Source of the DNA: Raja brachyura
Lineage: Eukaryota
Direction of reading: 5' to 3'
Length of the DNA: 64,000 bases
Assembly: GCA_963514005.1 (NCBI GenBank)
Contig: OY740813.1
Coordinates: 9,486,001-9,550,000, forward strand
Made by a program: the position numbers and the translations under genes. Of this stretch, positions 1-17,585 are shown one piece after another. The stretch's first letter is position 1. Each line of letters opens with the position of its first letter. Below the pieces are notes generated by a model. It was not told where the DNA came from, searched no databases, and saw nothing but the letters and a program-made list of their open reading frames with translations.

Positions 1-1725
1 GATAAAACCTGTTTGATCATGGTGTATTATTTTAGTAATCACCAAACTTAATCTTCGTGATAAAACTTTAGCTAAAATTTTTTGATCTGTATTTAAAAGA
101 GCAATTGCTCTATATGATCCTGGGTCTTCCCAGTCCTTGTCAACCTTAGGAATTAGTGTAATTGTAGATTCATTTAGGGATTCCGGCAATTTTCCTTGTT
201 CATATGTATATTTATACACTGCATGTAATCTTGGGGAGATCAGATCTTGAAATTTCTTATAAAATTCTGTACTCAGGCCATCCGGGCCCGCTGCTTTTCC
301 ATTATTTAATGATCCGATTGACTCCTCAATATCTTTTATTGATATATCCGCATTTAACAAGTCTCTACCTCCCTGATCTAAGCTGTTAATATTACATTTT
401 TGTAGAAATGTATCCATTTCATCCATTTGTCCTGTTATTTTTGATGAATAAAGACTTTGATAATATTGTAAAAATATATCATTGATATCTTTTGGTAAGG
501 TCGATATATTGCCATTCACAGATCTAATTCTATGTATCATTTTTTCGTCCTCTCGCTTTCTAAGTTGTCGAGCCAACAATTTTTGCGGTTTATCTCCAAA
601 TTCAAAGTGCACTTGTTTAGTTTGTTGATAAAGTTTAATTACTTGATTGGAATATATTTTATTTAGTTTATATTTTAATATTGCAATTTTATTACTTAAC
701 AATTTAGAGGGCTGTTTTGTATTCTCCATATCTAATTGTTTTATCTCTTTTTCCAAGTTTTGTTCCGTCTTTCTATTTTCTTTATTAAAGTATGCTTGTG
801 CCGATATTATAGCTCCGCGCATAAATGCTTTAAATGTATCCCAAAGTAATGATGGTGAAACTTCAGGTTTGTCATTAGTTTCAAAGAATAATTTAATCTG
901 TTTTACCAGATAATCATAACAAGCCTTATCCTTTAATATTTCGGGATTAAACCTCCAATTATTAGATTTTATAATTATATCTTTTAATTTTATCTTAAAA
1001 GTTAATGGAGCGTGATCTGAAATAATAATATTATGATATTTTGAATCGTATGTAAATGGAAGTAATTTTGAATCTATTAAAAAATAGTCTATCCTCGAGT
1101 AAGTTCCAAATACAGGTGAGAAAAATGAATATTCTCGTCCTATTGGATTATCTATTCTCCAGATGTCCTTAACGTTTGCTGTACTAATAAAGGAATTTAT
1201 AAGTATGCTTGACTTAGAAATAGATTTACTTTTTGTTGACGATCTATCTAAATAATTATCCAAAGTACAATTAAAATCTCCTCCAATTATTAAGTTATGT
1301 TCTGCAGCTATAGGGATATTATTAAATATTTTCTTTAAAAATAATGGGTTATCAAAGTTAGGGGCATATATATTCATTAGAGTTACTTTTTTAGAATATA
1401 ATTCCCCTGTAATTATTACATACCGACCTTCTGTATCTTCTATTATAGAACTTAATTTAAAAGGTATACCTTTACGAATGATTATTGCAACCCCTCTAGA
1501 TTTATGTATAAATGAGGAGTGATACACTTTCGAAATCCATTTAGCTGTTAGTCTGTGTCGAGCATCTTTTTTAAGGTGGGTCTCTTGAAGAAAAGAGACG
1601 TCAGACTTCAATCTGTTTAATTGAGCTAACACCTTACCTCTTTTAATTGGCTCATTAACTCCCTTAACATTCCAACTACAGAAGGTGATTCCATTACCCC
1701 CAATCTTCCCATTAGTATCTTGCAT
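1..1725 (-). CDS. L1 ORF2p (APE endonuclease + reverse transcriptase), partial, open to the window edge
   Basis: ATG at 1725: MQDTNGKIGGNGITFCSWNVKG..FLQETHL..SRGVAI..NIYAPN..IGGDFN..SRIDYFL..SDHAPL; later KAAGPDG..SYRAIALLNTDQKILAKVL..HDQTGFI. Both ends are in the same frame (575 codons); absence from the ORF track is consistent with no in-window stop. Confidence 0.93.
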   Translation of the reverse strand, partial: MQDTNGKIGGNGITFCSWNVKGVNEPIKRGKVLAQLNRLKSDVSFLQETHLKKDARHRLTAKWISKVYHSSFIHKSRGVAIIIRKGIPFKLSSIIEDTEGRYVIITGELYSKKVTLMNIYAPNFDNPLFLKKIFNNIPIAAEHNLIIGGDFNCTLDNYLDRSSTKSKSISKSSILINSFISTANVKDIWRIDNPIGREYSFFSPVFGTYSRIDYFLIDSKLLPFTYDSKYHNIIISDHAPLTFKIKLKDIIIKSNNWRFNPEILKDKACYDYLVKQIKLFFETNDKPEVSPSLLWDTFKAFMRGAIISAQAYFNKENRKTEQNLEKEIKQLDMENTKQPSKLLSNKIAILKYKLNKIYSNQVIKLYQQTKQVHFEFGDKPQKLLARQLRKREDEKMIHRIRSVNGNISTLPKDINDIFLQYYQSLYSSKITGQMDEMDTFLQKCNINSLDQGGRDLLNADISIKDIEESIGSLNNGKAAGPDGLSTEFYKKFQDLISPRLHAVYKYTYEQGKLPESLNESTITLIPKVDKDWEDPGSYRAIALLNTDQKILAKVLSRRLSLVITKIIHHDQTGFI

Positions 1726-2364
1726 TTTACTATTAAGGTGGTTTATATTGGAATAACCGTCCCGGCCCGTACAACTCAACATTGTAACCAGACCTTGGGT
1801 TGACGAAAATTAGTGTACGTCTTTCTATTTCATATACACGTCTCTTTGAACTGACTATATAATACCAATCGTAAATATTTTCATATACTGTATAATATAA
1901 AATCAAATATCTAATATACCTAAAATAATAAAAAGTGTGAGTGAAAGTGAGTTGAAAAGTGTTAGTAAAGTGCTCAGAAAAAAAAATAACTACACCTATA
2001 TAGAGTGTAGTGTGTGTTAGTGCAAGCCACACTAACGTGGCTACTAATCTACTGACTTCCGTAAAAAAAAAGATGTTAATAATTCCAGCTCCAATCTTAA
2101 ATGCTATATATTTTGGGGTAGGGTACTAAATTTGTATACTTAGTAATAATTCATATTATTAGTGACTATTATAATTACTATTCTAATTAGTAATACTATG
2201 TTGGGGGGGGTAGATAATACTATGTTAGGTGAATAATTGCCATTTTATATGGGTAGATAACACAGTAATCTATCCATCTCTCTTTGAACCAAAATTTAAG
2301 TCCATGTCCAATATTCATCCTCCTTCTCCATAATGATTCATAACCGCGGATGGGTCATAAAAGT

Positions 2365-3454
2365 TCAGCCATCATCTTCTTGGTCTTGATCCACTTGTTC
2401 TTCTTCCTCTTCTGTTTCATTCTGTATTTTTCGGGCGAATTCCAGTGCTACAGTATGCTTAACGAAACGGAACTCTTTGTTGTTGTAGGTTACTCTTAAT
2501 GTTGCTGGGTACATCAAGCCATATCTCAGATCCTTCGTATCCTTCAGATTCCTCAGAACACCTCTTGTTTCTGTGAATAAGGATCTTCTCTTGGCCACTT
2601 CCGCCGGATAATCTCTGAAGATACTGATATTATCTCCTTCATACTTAAAATTTTTCTTGCGTATTATTATTATCTTCATCATTTCTTCAAAAGCATGATC
2701 GTAAACCACCTTTACAATCATTTGTCTTGGGGGTGCATCCCTCCTGGGAGCCCGCCTTAATGCCCTGTGTGCACGGCCCAACAGGGGTTCTTGATCCAGA
2801 TTCAAAATATCCTTCAGTAGTTTTGCAGCAAATTTTCGAGGGTCTTGATTTCCCTCGCGACCCTCGCTCAAACCAACTATACGCAAATTCTTACGCCATT
2901 GACGTCCCTCCAGATCGATACATTTCTCATTTATTTTGCGTAATAATTCTGATAGACGTTTGTTCTCGGAGTGGAGTTTCTCTCTCTCCTTGGTGTTTAA
3001 TACAGCCATCTCCGTTAGCTCTTTAATTGTCTCTTTTTGTTGGTCGAGCGTAATTATAATAGGATCAATCTTATCATCCAGCATTCTTTCCATACCAGCA
3101 GCTGCGTCTTTTATCTCCACCATTTGTTTTTGTAACTCAGCATCAGCCTTTTCTTTCCACTCGTTCATCATAATTTTTACCGTTTCTATAACTTCATTTT
3201 TTTAAATCTTCTTTAATTCTTTCATGAAACACTAGAATATCAGCCCTTAAATTTTTAATATCCTCTTTATAATCCTTCTTATTATCTTTAAGTAATTTCT
3301 TCATCTCACCTAGGATATTAACTTTGAGGTCCTCCAGTTCAGCTTTCCTCTGTGAAATCTCTTCTTGGGAAGCAGCCAGACTCGAGCCCAGGGCACCAGT
3401 CGGGCCTATTTCCCTTTTTCCAGGTTTTTTTCCGGGGGGGGAGCGAGACATCAT
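2365..3454 (-). CDS. L1 ORF1p (coiled coil + RRM + CTD, transposase_22-like), split by one +1 frameshift at an A-run near 3197-3203
   Basis: ORFs 3194-3454 and 2365-3171; DLEGRQWRKNLRIVGLSEG, RAHRAL..PPRQMIVK, ISIFRDY, YGLMYPATLRV are typical ORF1p motifs. Confidence 0.9.
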
Positions 3455-3632
3455 TTTCTTGAAAAAGTCGCGCGCCTGATGACGTCACGGACCTTTTAAA
3501 CGCTACCGGAGCCGTTCCCAGTCGTTCTCCCGCGGTGAGTACGGTTGACTGACCCCTAGACCCCCGTTTTTTATACAATTTTTGGTGGAGCTGTAATGGC
3601 GCGACTCCACTCACACCATGGCGCCAACCGCC
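3455..3632 (-). promoter_or_regulatory. L1 5' UTR / internal promoter
   Basis: CpG-rich; palindromic CRE TGACGTCA at 3480-3487; GCCAT (YY1-like) cores near the 5' end. Confidence 0.6.
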
Positions 3633-3719
3633 AAGGTATTTGTACTCCCTGGTAAACTAGTAATTCATGTCTCAGAAATATATGCGATGGGGATCAAAGC
3701 TGTCGGATTAAGTTTTGTA

Positions 3720-4115
3720 GATATAAGGAACTACAGATGTTGGTTTACAAAAGACACTGTGCTGGAGTAATTATTCTTCAGACTGTCCGTCGGGGTAAAT
3801 GGGGAAAAAAGCTGGAAGAGAGGTGGGGGCACCTCTATCCCCAACTCTCAATTTCTCTATCTATCCTGCCTGCCCAACCCCTCCGCTTGGATTCACACCC
3901 ATTTCTCCCCTTCCCCCTCCTTTCTTCCTGCCTTCACAATTCAGATTTTCATCTCTGGCCTTTGTTGAACCATATTATTACCTATAAACACCCCCCCCCC
4001 CCCGCCCCGCCTGCCCCCCCTTTCCCCCACCACAATCTATCTGACCGAAAATATCACCCATCCATGTTCTCCAGAGAAGCTGCCTGACCCAGTTACTTCA
4101 GCACTTCTATCTTTG
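3720..4115. mobile_element. Penelope-like element terminal-repeat remnants in inverted arrangement
   Basis: AAGGAACTACAGATG..TGCTGGAGTAA..TTCTTCAGAC followed by the reverse-complement unit ..CTCCAGAGAAGCTGCCTGACCCAGTTACTTCAGCAC; same family as 54145-54791 and 57713-58121. Confidence 0.6.
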
Positions 4116-4212
4116 AGTTTTGAGACCTTGAAGTACCCATTTCTTGAATTGTGCTGTGTACTGGAAAAATGGAAGTATTGGTAAATTCATAGCTGAGTAT
4201 GGTTGGAGAACA

Positions 4213-4309
4213 TAAATTTTAAGTGAAAGTTATCTGCTGTAGCCCCAGAAATATGGGGAGAGGTCCATGGTTTCTGGGGCTACAGCAGATATCTTTCACT
4301 TAAAATTTA
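4213..4309. repeat. 39-bp inverted repeat (1 mismatch), 19-nt loop
   Basis: TAAATTTTAAGTGAAAGTTATCTGCTGTAGCCCCAGAAA (4213-4251) vs TTTCTGGGGCTACAGCAGATATCTTTCACTTAAAATTTA (4271-4309). Confidence 0.9.
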
Positions 4310-4894
4310 CTGTCCATTTTTCCAGTCTGTAACTATCTTTATGGTCCTATCCCCAAGATACAACCCTCCATGTAAATTTGCCAAAGCTAGGCCCTGGTAC
4401 AACATTCTTTTTTTAATCCTATCGGGTTTAATCATTCATATACCTGTCCAAATTTAAGTTCTGTAACCCCTTACCCTCATTCTTTGATTCTAAATTATAT
4501 ATGTCTCCAACTTCTCAGATCTCTTCCTTTGGCATGGTCTCAACTTTTGTTCACGAATATGCAAAGCTCGTCACTACTGTTGTATAATGGTCTGGAAGAG
4601 GGGTTAATGCTGTTTGCTTTCTTCAATTTTTTTTTCATGTTTGTGGATTATTTGTTTCATCAGGGTGGTCATTTCAGCCCAATATTTGGCCTCAACACGT
4701 TACAGATAAAGAATTTGAAGAATCTGAAGAGACATTTATTGCCCTGATTATAGACAGACTTCTGCAAGAGAACTTTGCTGCTACACTTCTTATAGTGCCG
4801 AAGTCATACCAACAATAAAATTCATGTTTAATTTTTATAATTAAAAATAAACATTTTGTTTGGTGAATAATTGACTCTGCTTTCACAAGATGAA

Positions 4895-4982
4895 GATTTC
4901 TCTCCAGAGATGCTGCCTGTCCCACTGTGTTACTCCAGCTTTTTGTATCTATCTTCAGTTTAAACCAGTACTGCAGTTCTTA
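4895..4982 (+). mobile_element. Penelope-like terminal-repeat fragment
   Basis: CTCCAGAGATGCTGCCTGTCCCACTGTGTTACTCCAGC matches the family repeated across the window. Confidence 0.65.
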
Positions 4983-6107
4983 CACATTTAAATGTTTGAC
5001 AACTTTTAATGTTCCTCTTAGCTGAAAGGTCTGTCATGAATTAAAAAGGGAAATGGGAATAATAAAAAATGCTCTTATTGTGGACCTCTATGAAACTAGA
5101 TTTTACTCTTGCCGCCACCACTGGCGATGGCACATGGATAAAACTTGTTTATAGCTGTGGTCATATTTGACAAAAACAGATCCTTTTTAATACAGGAAGT
5201 GTTTAGACAAGATGAAAGTGTTTTACATCCAAAGAGTAGCCCTACCACTACTCTTTGGATACGAGTCAGTGGTAGGGCTCAGTGAAAGTATTTTTCTTCC
5301 TCGTCTCCCACTAATTTGAAAGAAAACAGAACCCTAGCACAAACTACGTTAGGAAATATAAATTACTTTCAACAAATATGTTTCCAGCATATCCACAGCA
5401 TCACTTTGTTGCCAGTTTTATTCTGACGTGGGCCATCATATTCGAAATAATTTAAGTTGACAAATCAATAACAAACATAGTACTTTAGGACTGCACAGCA
5501 TTGGACACAAGATCAACACTAGAGAACAAAGAGATTTGGTTTTAGGCTGATCGGGGTTTCTAAGGCAATTATCATCCATTTTTATATATATATTCAAGTT
5601 AGGAGAGCATCAATTCCACAGGCAAAATTAAGAATGTGACAATAACAAATCTTCAATCAATTTGCAGAATCCCCTTCATGAATAGTCTGGTGTTTGCCAT
5701 TCATTGGATTTTATAGTTCTCTGCAGTTGAGCACCATTTCTAGTGACAAATGAATTGTACTTTAGATTTAAACAATGTACATTACACACCGTTCCAAAGC
5801 AGTTAGAGAAACAGTGCTTGATTTCTTAGGATGGATTTCTTTTCTGACCTAATGTAGATAAGTTTCAACTATAGTTCTATCAAAAACCATTGGCCAATTC
5901 TCAAAATGCAGTTAAAAGGAATTTTGGCCACTGATTGCTGCTATCTGAAGCTATCAACAGCAAAGTATTCTCGATAGCTAAATGACAAAGTTATGTCAAA
6001 TATTAAACGACTAGTGTCCAGCTAACATAATGGATAATGCTATTGGCATTGTACATTCAGAGCAGTAAAGACAATGTACAGCACTGTGGCAAAACATGTA
6101 TACAAAC

Positions 6108-6113
6108 TTTATT
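6108..6113 (-). terminator. Candidate distal polyadenylation signal of SET
   Basis: AATAAA on the minus strand followed by GT-rich sequence; other AATAAA at 6369-6374 and 5417-5422. Confidence 0.45.
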
Positions 6114-7920
6114 GTTGATAACAGGACAGATGAGAACCATTTGTTTAAAAAACAAAGTTTTAAAGATGAAGTCACGACACCTCAGGCTGCCATGTGAAAC
6201 AAACCCCAATACATGGGTGTCTACAAACCAGTGGAATATTCTAAAATATTGTTTATACACCTTCCTCTCCAGAACATCAAGCAAAAAGATGCTACATGCC
6301 AGGACAGACATGTAAACAAATTCCAAAAATCTAGACAGCTCTGGTTATCAGTAAATTTTATACCATCTTTTATTAAAATACCTCCAGAACCATAAATTAT
6401 AGGAACATATCCCTTCTGCTAGCTGGTGGTCGAATTATTTTGTTCCATTAAGTTGCCGAATGAAGACAAATGGTATGGCTGGTAAAGCTTGCTGAGGGGC
6501 TTGACCACAATTATCCTTCAACAATGGAGTGGCAAAGACAGCCTCAACTGAAGGATTCTTAAAAAAAATGTATATCCCCAGTGGGGAACAAACATGCTAA
6601 TGTACAATACTCCTGAAGATATACTACACACCCGCAGAAATTTAATTTGCACCCGTGAAACTGTCATTAGTTGCTCCAGTTATATTACTGTCTAAGTGAG
6701 TACTGGGCAGGTGTTAAGCAGATATTTTCATAATACTGTTGCAATTTCATTGAAATGTAGATCATATGCGGAACAAATATACAAAGCCAAATTAGGGCAC
6801 CATTCTGGCAAGGTTTAGGAACAAGGCATGTATAGCGATACATAATGGCCTATTTAATAACCGTTAATGCAAGTGATATAATTTCCCACTCAGCAATTGA
6901 AAAGTCAAACAAGTGGGAAAAGGTCAACGCAAAATAAAAAAAACAAAAACAACCAAAACTGCATTAATCAGGATTAATAGAATTGGGACAAGTTCAAACC
7001 ACAAAACAGTTTGGTATTCGGAGGCCAACCTTTTCACTGCACAATAGCAATTCAAAATGGTTATTATTTAGTATGAAAAAAATAAATTCATGAAATAGCA
7101 ACAAGAAAATTAAACTAACTGAGCTTAAAATACTTGCATTTAGGATTTCGAAAACTAAGCTCCCAGTGGTGTCACATTACTGATCGGATAATTGAATCCC
7201 AAATGAAAAAAATCACAAATAACATAACCAGAAATAAATGTATTCAAGAACACATCAAATCCAGTATATGTATTGTACCATTAATTCAAATTCAATAATC
7301 AAGCCCAACTGAGGTTCAGATAATTATCTATACACAATCTGTAAAATGGGGCTAATCGCAGTTGGCATGGTACCCATGGCGCATTTTAGATCAACAAAAC
7401 AAGCCATCAGATATATAGCTATTGCCAAGACAACACACAACTTAAACTTAACTAGAAGTCAAACAAATCTTGGAATTTAAGAGACACCATTAATTAGCCA
7501 ACTGTCCAATGCAGAATATCGTTATCAAACTTGCAATGCAGCACTGGACCCATTTGAGTAAAGGGAATGCCAAGTTGCAATCTTATTCTGTTTTAGTTAC
7601 AATCTAATATCTATTAAATACAAAAAAGGAATCTAATTACACACATTTGGGCTGTTTACATATATTTGAACACAGACCAGGCTAGAAACACTTAGTGTAC
7701 AATAGTAGGACCAAATACATTAATTGTTCTTATGCCTATACTGCATTTAAATAAATTGCAATACCAAATATAAAATCACATTCAGCAGATGACATGACTG
7801 GTTTTCGACTTGTTTTCAACTTTTGTAGCTTATTTGGTTATAAAGAATATTCAATGCAAAAAAAATAATTTGGAATGGCCACTTTGAAACAACAATTTGG
7901 ACGGTAATTGTCAGATATTA

Positions 7921-8014
7921 GGTAGACACAAAATGTTGGAGTAACTCAGCGGGACAGGCAGCATCTCTGGAGACGGAATGGTTGACGTTTCGGGTCAAGA
8001 CCCTTCTTCAGACG
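7921..8014 (-). mobile_element. 94-bp Penelope-like terminal-repeat insertion with 13-bp target-site duplication
   Basis: TTGTCAGATATTA at 7908-7920 and 8015-8027 flanks a family copy. Confidence 0.85.
7981..8013 (-). ncRNA. Minimal hammerhead ribozyme-like motif (PLE type)
   Basis: Minus strand reads GU-CUGAAGA-A-GGGUCUUGACCC-GAAAC-GUC-AACC: CUGANGA core, helix II, GAAA, palindromic ACGU helix III, GUC triplet; helix I is weak in this copy. Confidence 0.55.
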
Positions 8015-8142
8015 TTGTCAGATATTACTTCAGTTCCATAGAATTTCCTCTAAACGTTATAAAACGTTGTCTGATAACAAGCTCTCAGAACATTCCAGGT
8101 GAAAAGTAAACTCACCACACACTTTTTGTGTACACATTTAGT

Positions 8143-8148
8143 TTTATT
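8143..8148 (-). terminator. Proximal polyadenylation signal of SET
   Basis: AATAAA within GTTGCTTTGTTACAATAAAACTAAATGTGTACA, followed by a GT-rich tract; ~760 nt after the stop codon. Confidence 0.7.
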
Positions 8149-8909
8149 GTAACAAAGCAACTTGTACACTTTTAACGTTTAAAACTGAGCAATTTTCCTT
8201 TCCAGTGAAACAAAAAAAATTACATTAGAGAATGTAGATTCCAATAAGATTCTACAGGTTGTCACCGTCTGCTGTGGGGCTCAAATCGATTAATATTTAA
8301 AAGTATTGGCTTTAGTTGCACGGGATGTTGTAAAAATATACAATGCATCAACGTGCTAAGTACAGCCACGTCCTCAAAATACCCAACAAACCCACCCAGT
8401 AGAACCCAACCAGCTGCATCTACCTCAGGTGCGTCAATCACACCCCGATTTGTTACAAGAGAGAAGGAAACAAGGACTTGATGGTAACTGCTATTTGTCC
8501 ACAATACATGGAAACAGTGTAATCTCTGGGCCAGAACAGGTAGGAAAAAAGCCTATTCAAATCATCTATGGTCACAGCACAAAAGGTAGAGAGAAGTTCT
8601 GGGCTTCCAGCAGAGGGAATTTGCGTTTGTTGGTGGTGATGGGGTTAAAATAAAAAGTAAAAAAAAAATCACATTACTATGGATATCTGCCTGCTGATCA
8701 GCTGGTTGGAGGACAATTCATATCAGTTCGTGGAAAATGGCAGAAAGAGATTGCCACTGTAGTTTGCGCATGTAACTCATCCCAATTGTGTATAATGGTT
8801 TAAGGACCTCAGGAGAACAAGGAAACTGAGCACAAAGAGACAGCAACTTGCTCCCAGGGACTAAAGAAAAAAAAGTAGGGGGAAGAGGTGAATGTCAACA
8901 GCAAACAAA

Positions 8910-16704
<7,795 letters not shown>

Positions 16705-16849
16705 CTTGGAAGGAGGAAAGAGGGGGGAAATAAAAAAAGAGGGGAAAAAAGATGAAAAGCTCTAGATGCGCTTTGTTTTTTGTTTAATCTTCCCTTCACT
16801 CGTTCTCTTTCCCCCTCTCGAAGGCTCAGAGTGGGTCTCGCGCCTCTAC

Positions 16850-17249
16850 CACAGTGGAAAAAAAACGCTCGAGCCCAGCAGCTCCACACGCACGCGCGCG
16901 CAGACACACACACCACAGCACTCCGAGCCGCCGCCGCCGACACCACGCAGGCGCAACGCGCCGCCCTTGCTCCGACATACCCTTCAGCGTCGCCTTCCAT
17001 TGGCCCATCTCGGCGGCGGCGCGAGGACGGCGGTGACGTCACGAAGCAGCGGGCACCAATTGGACCAGGTCGTCATGGTGACAGGGCGCACTGATTGGAT
17101 CGTGTCGAATATTAGCTCATGCTCTGTGTATGAGGGTTTTATTTTTGTGTGTGTGGGGGAGGCGGATGAGTTCTAGGCTTGGGACATTTCTGTCGAGAAA
17201 TAAATGAAAATCGGTTTAGATTTCGTTTGATTTTATAACTCGACGGGCC
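16850..17249. promoter_or_regulatory. CpG-island bidirectional promoter shared by SET and DYNC2I2
   Basis: Divergent ATGs at 16704 and 17250; CCAAT boxes 16999-17003, 17056-17063, 17094-17098; CRE TGACGTCA 17034-17041; X-box-like GTCGTCATGGTGAC 17069-17082; CpG-rich from ~16000 to ~17590. Confidence 0.8.
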
Positions 17250-17585
17250 ATGTTCACCGACGAGGCGCAAGAGGCCGTGACGGTGGAATCGCGCTGGAGA
17301 AAAACTCCCGAGTTCTGTGACGCAGTTTGTCAAACAGTGGAGGTTCGGCGCGCCGAAGCCTCAGTGCAGATACGACGCAGCGCGGAGATCAGTACGCAGA
17401 CGGAGCTTTCCGACCGTCGAGACCTCTCTGTCGCGGATCGCAGCATCGAACCATCGGTTGATTTCCCACGCCTAGCCCGCTTCCTGCGGCAAGTGGAGCC
17501 GATGGTGATCAAGGAGTTAAGGAAGAATATCCAGAGCCACGCGTTTGATGGATTTGATGTTAACTGGGTAGACCAGCCACAGACA
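17250..17585 (+). CDS. DYNC2I2: DYNC2I2 exon 1
   Basis: [16 protein letters not shown]...VCQT...STQT...[17 protein letters not shown], donor GTGAGT. Confidence 0.93.

Larger units (their letters stand above)
1..3632 (-). mobile_element. L1 (LINE-1 clade) retrotransposon, 5' portion (5' UTR, ORF1, spacer, ORF2 EN and start of RT); continues beyond the left edge
   Basis: CpG-rich 5' end (GGCGGTTGGCGCCATGG at ~3632), L1 ORF1p homology, APE endonuclease motifs and RT N-terminal motifs in order on the minus strand. Confidence 0.95.

Noticed and set aside
3195-3206. U-UUA-AAA slippery heptamer at the ORF1 break suggesting programmed -1 frameshifting
   Set aside because: Joining the halves needs +1; the -1 frame stops within a few codons (ATG AAG TTA TAG). 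A homopolymer indel is simpler.
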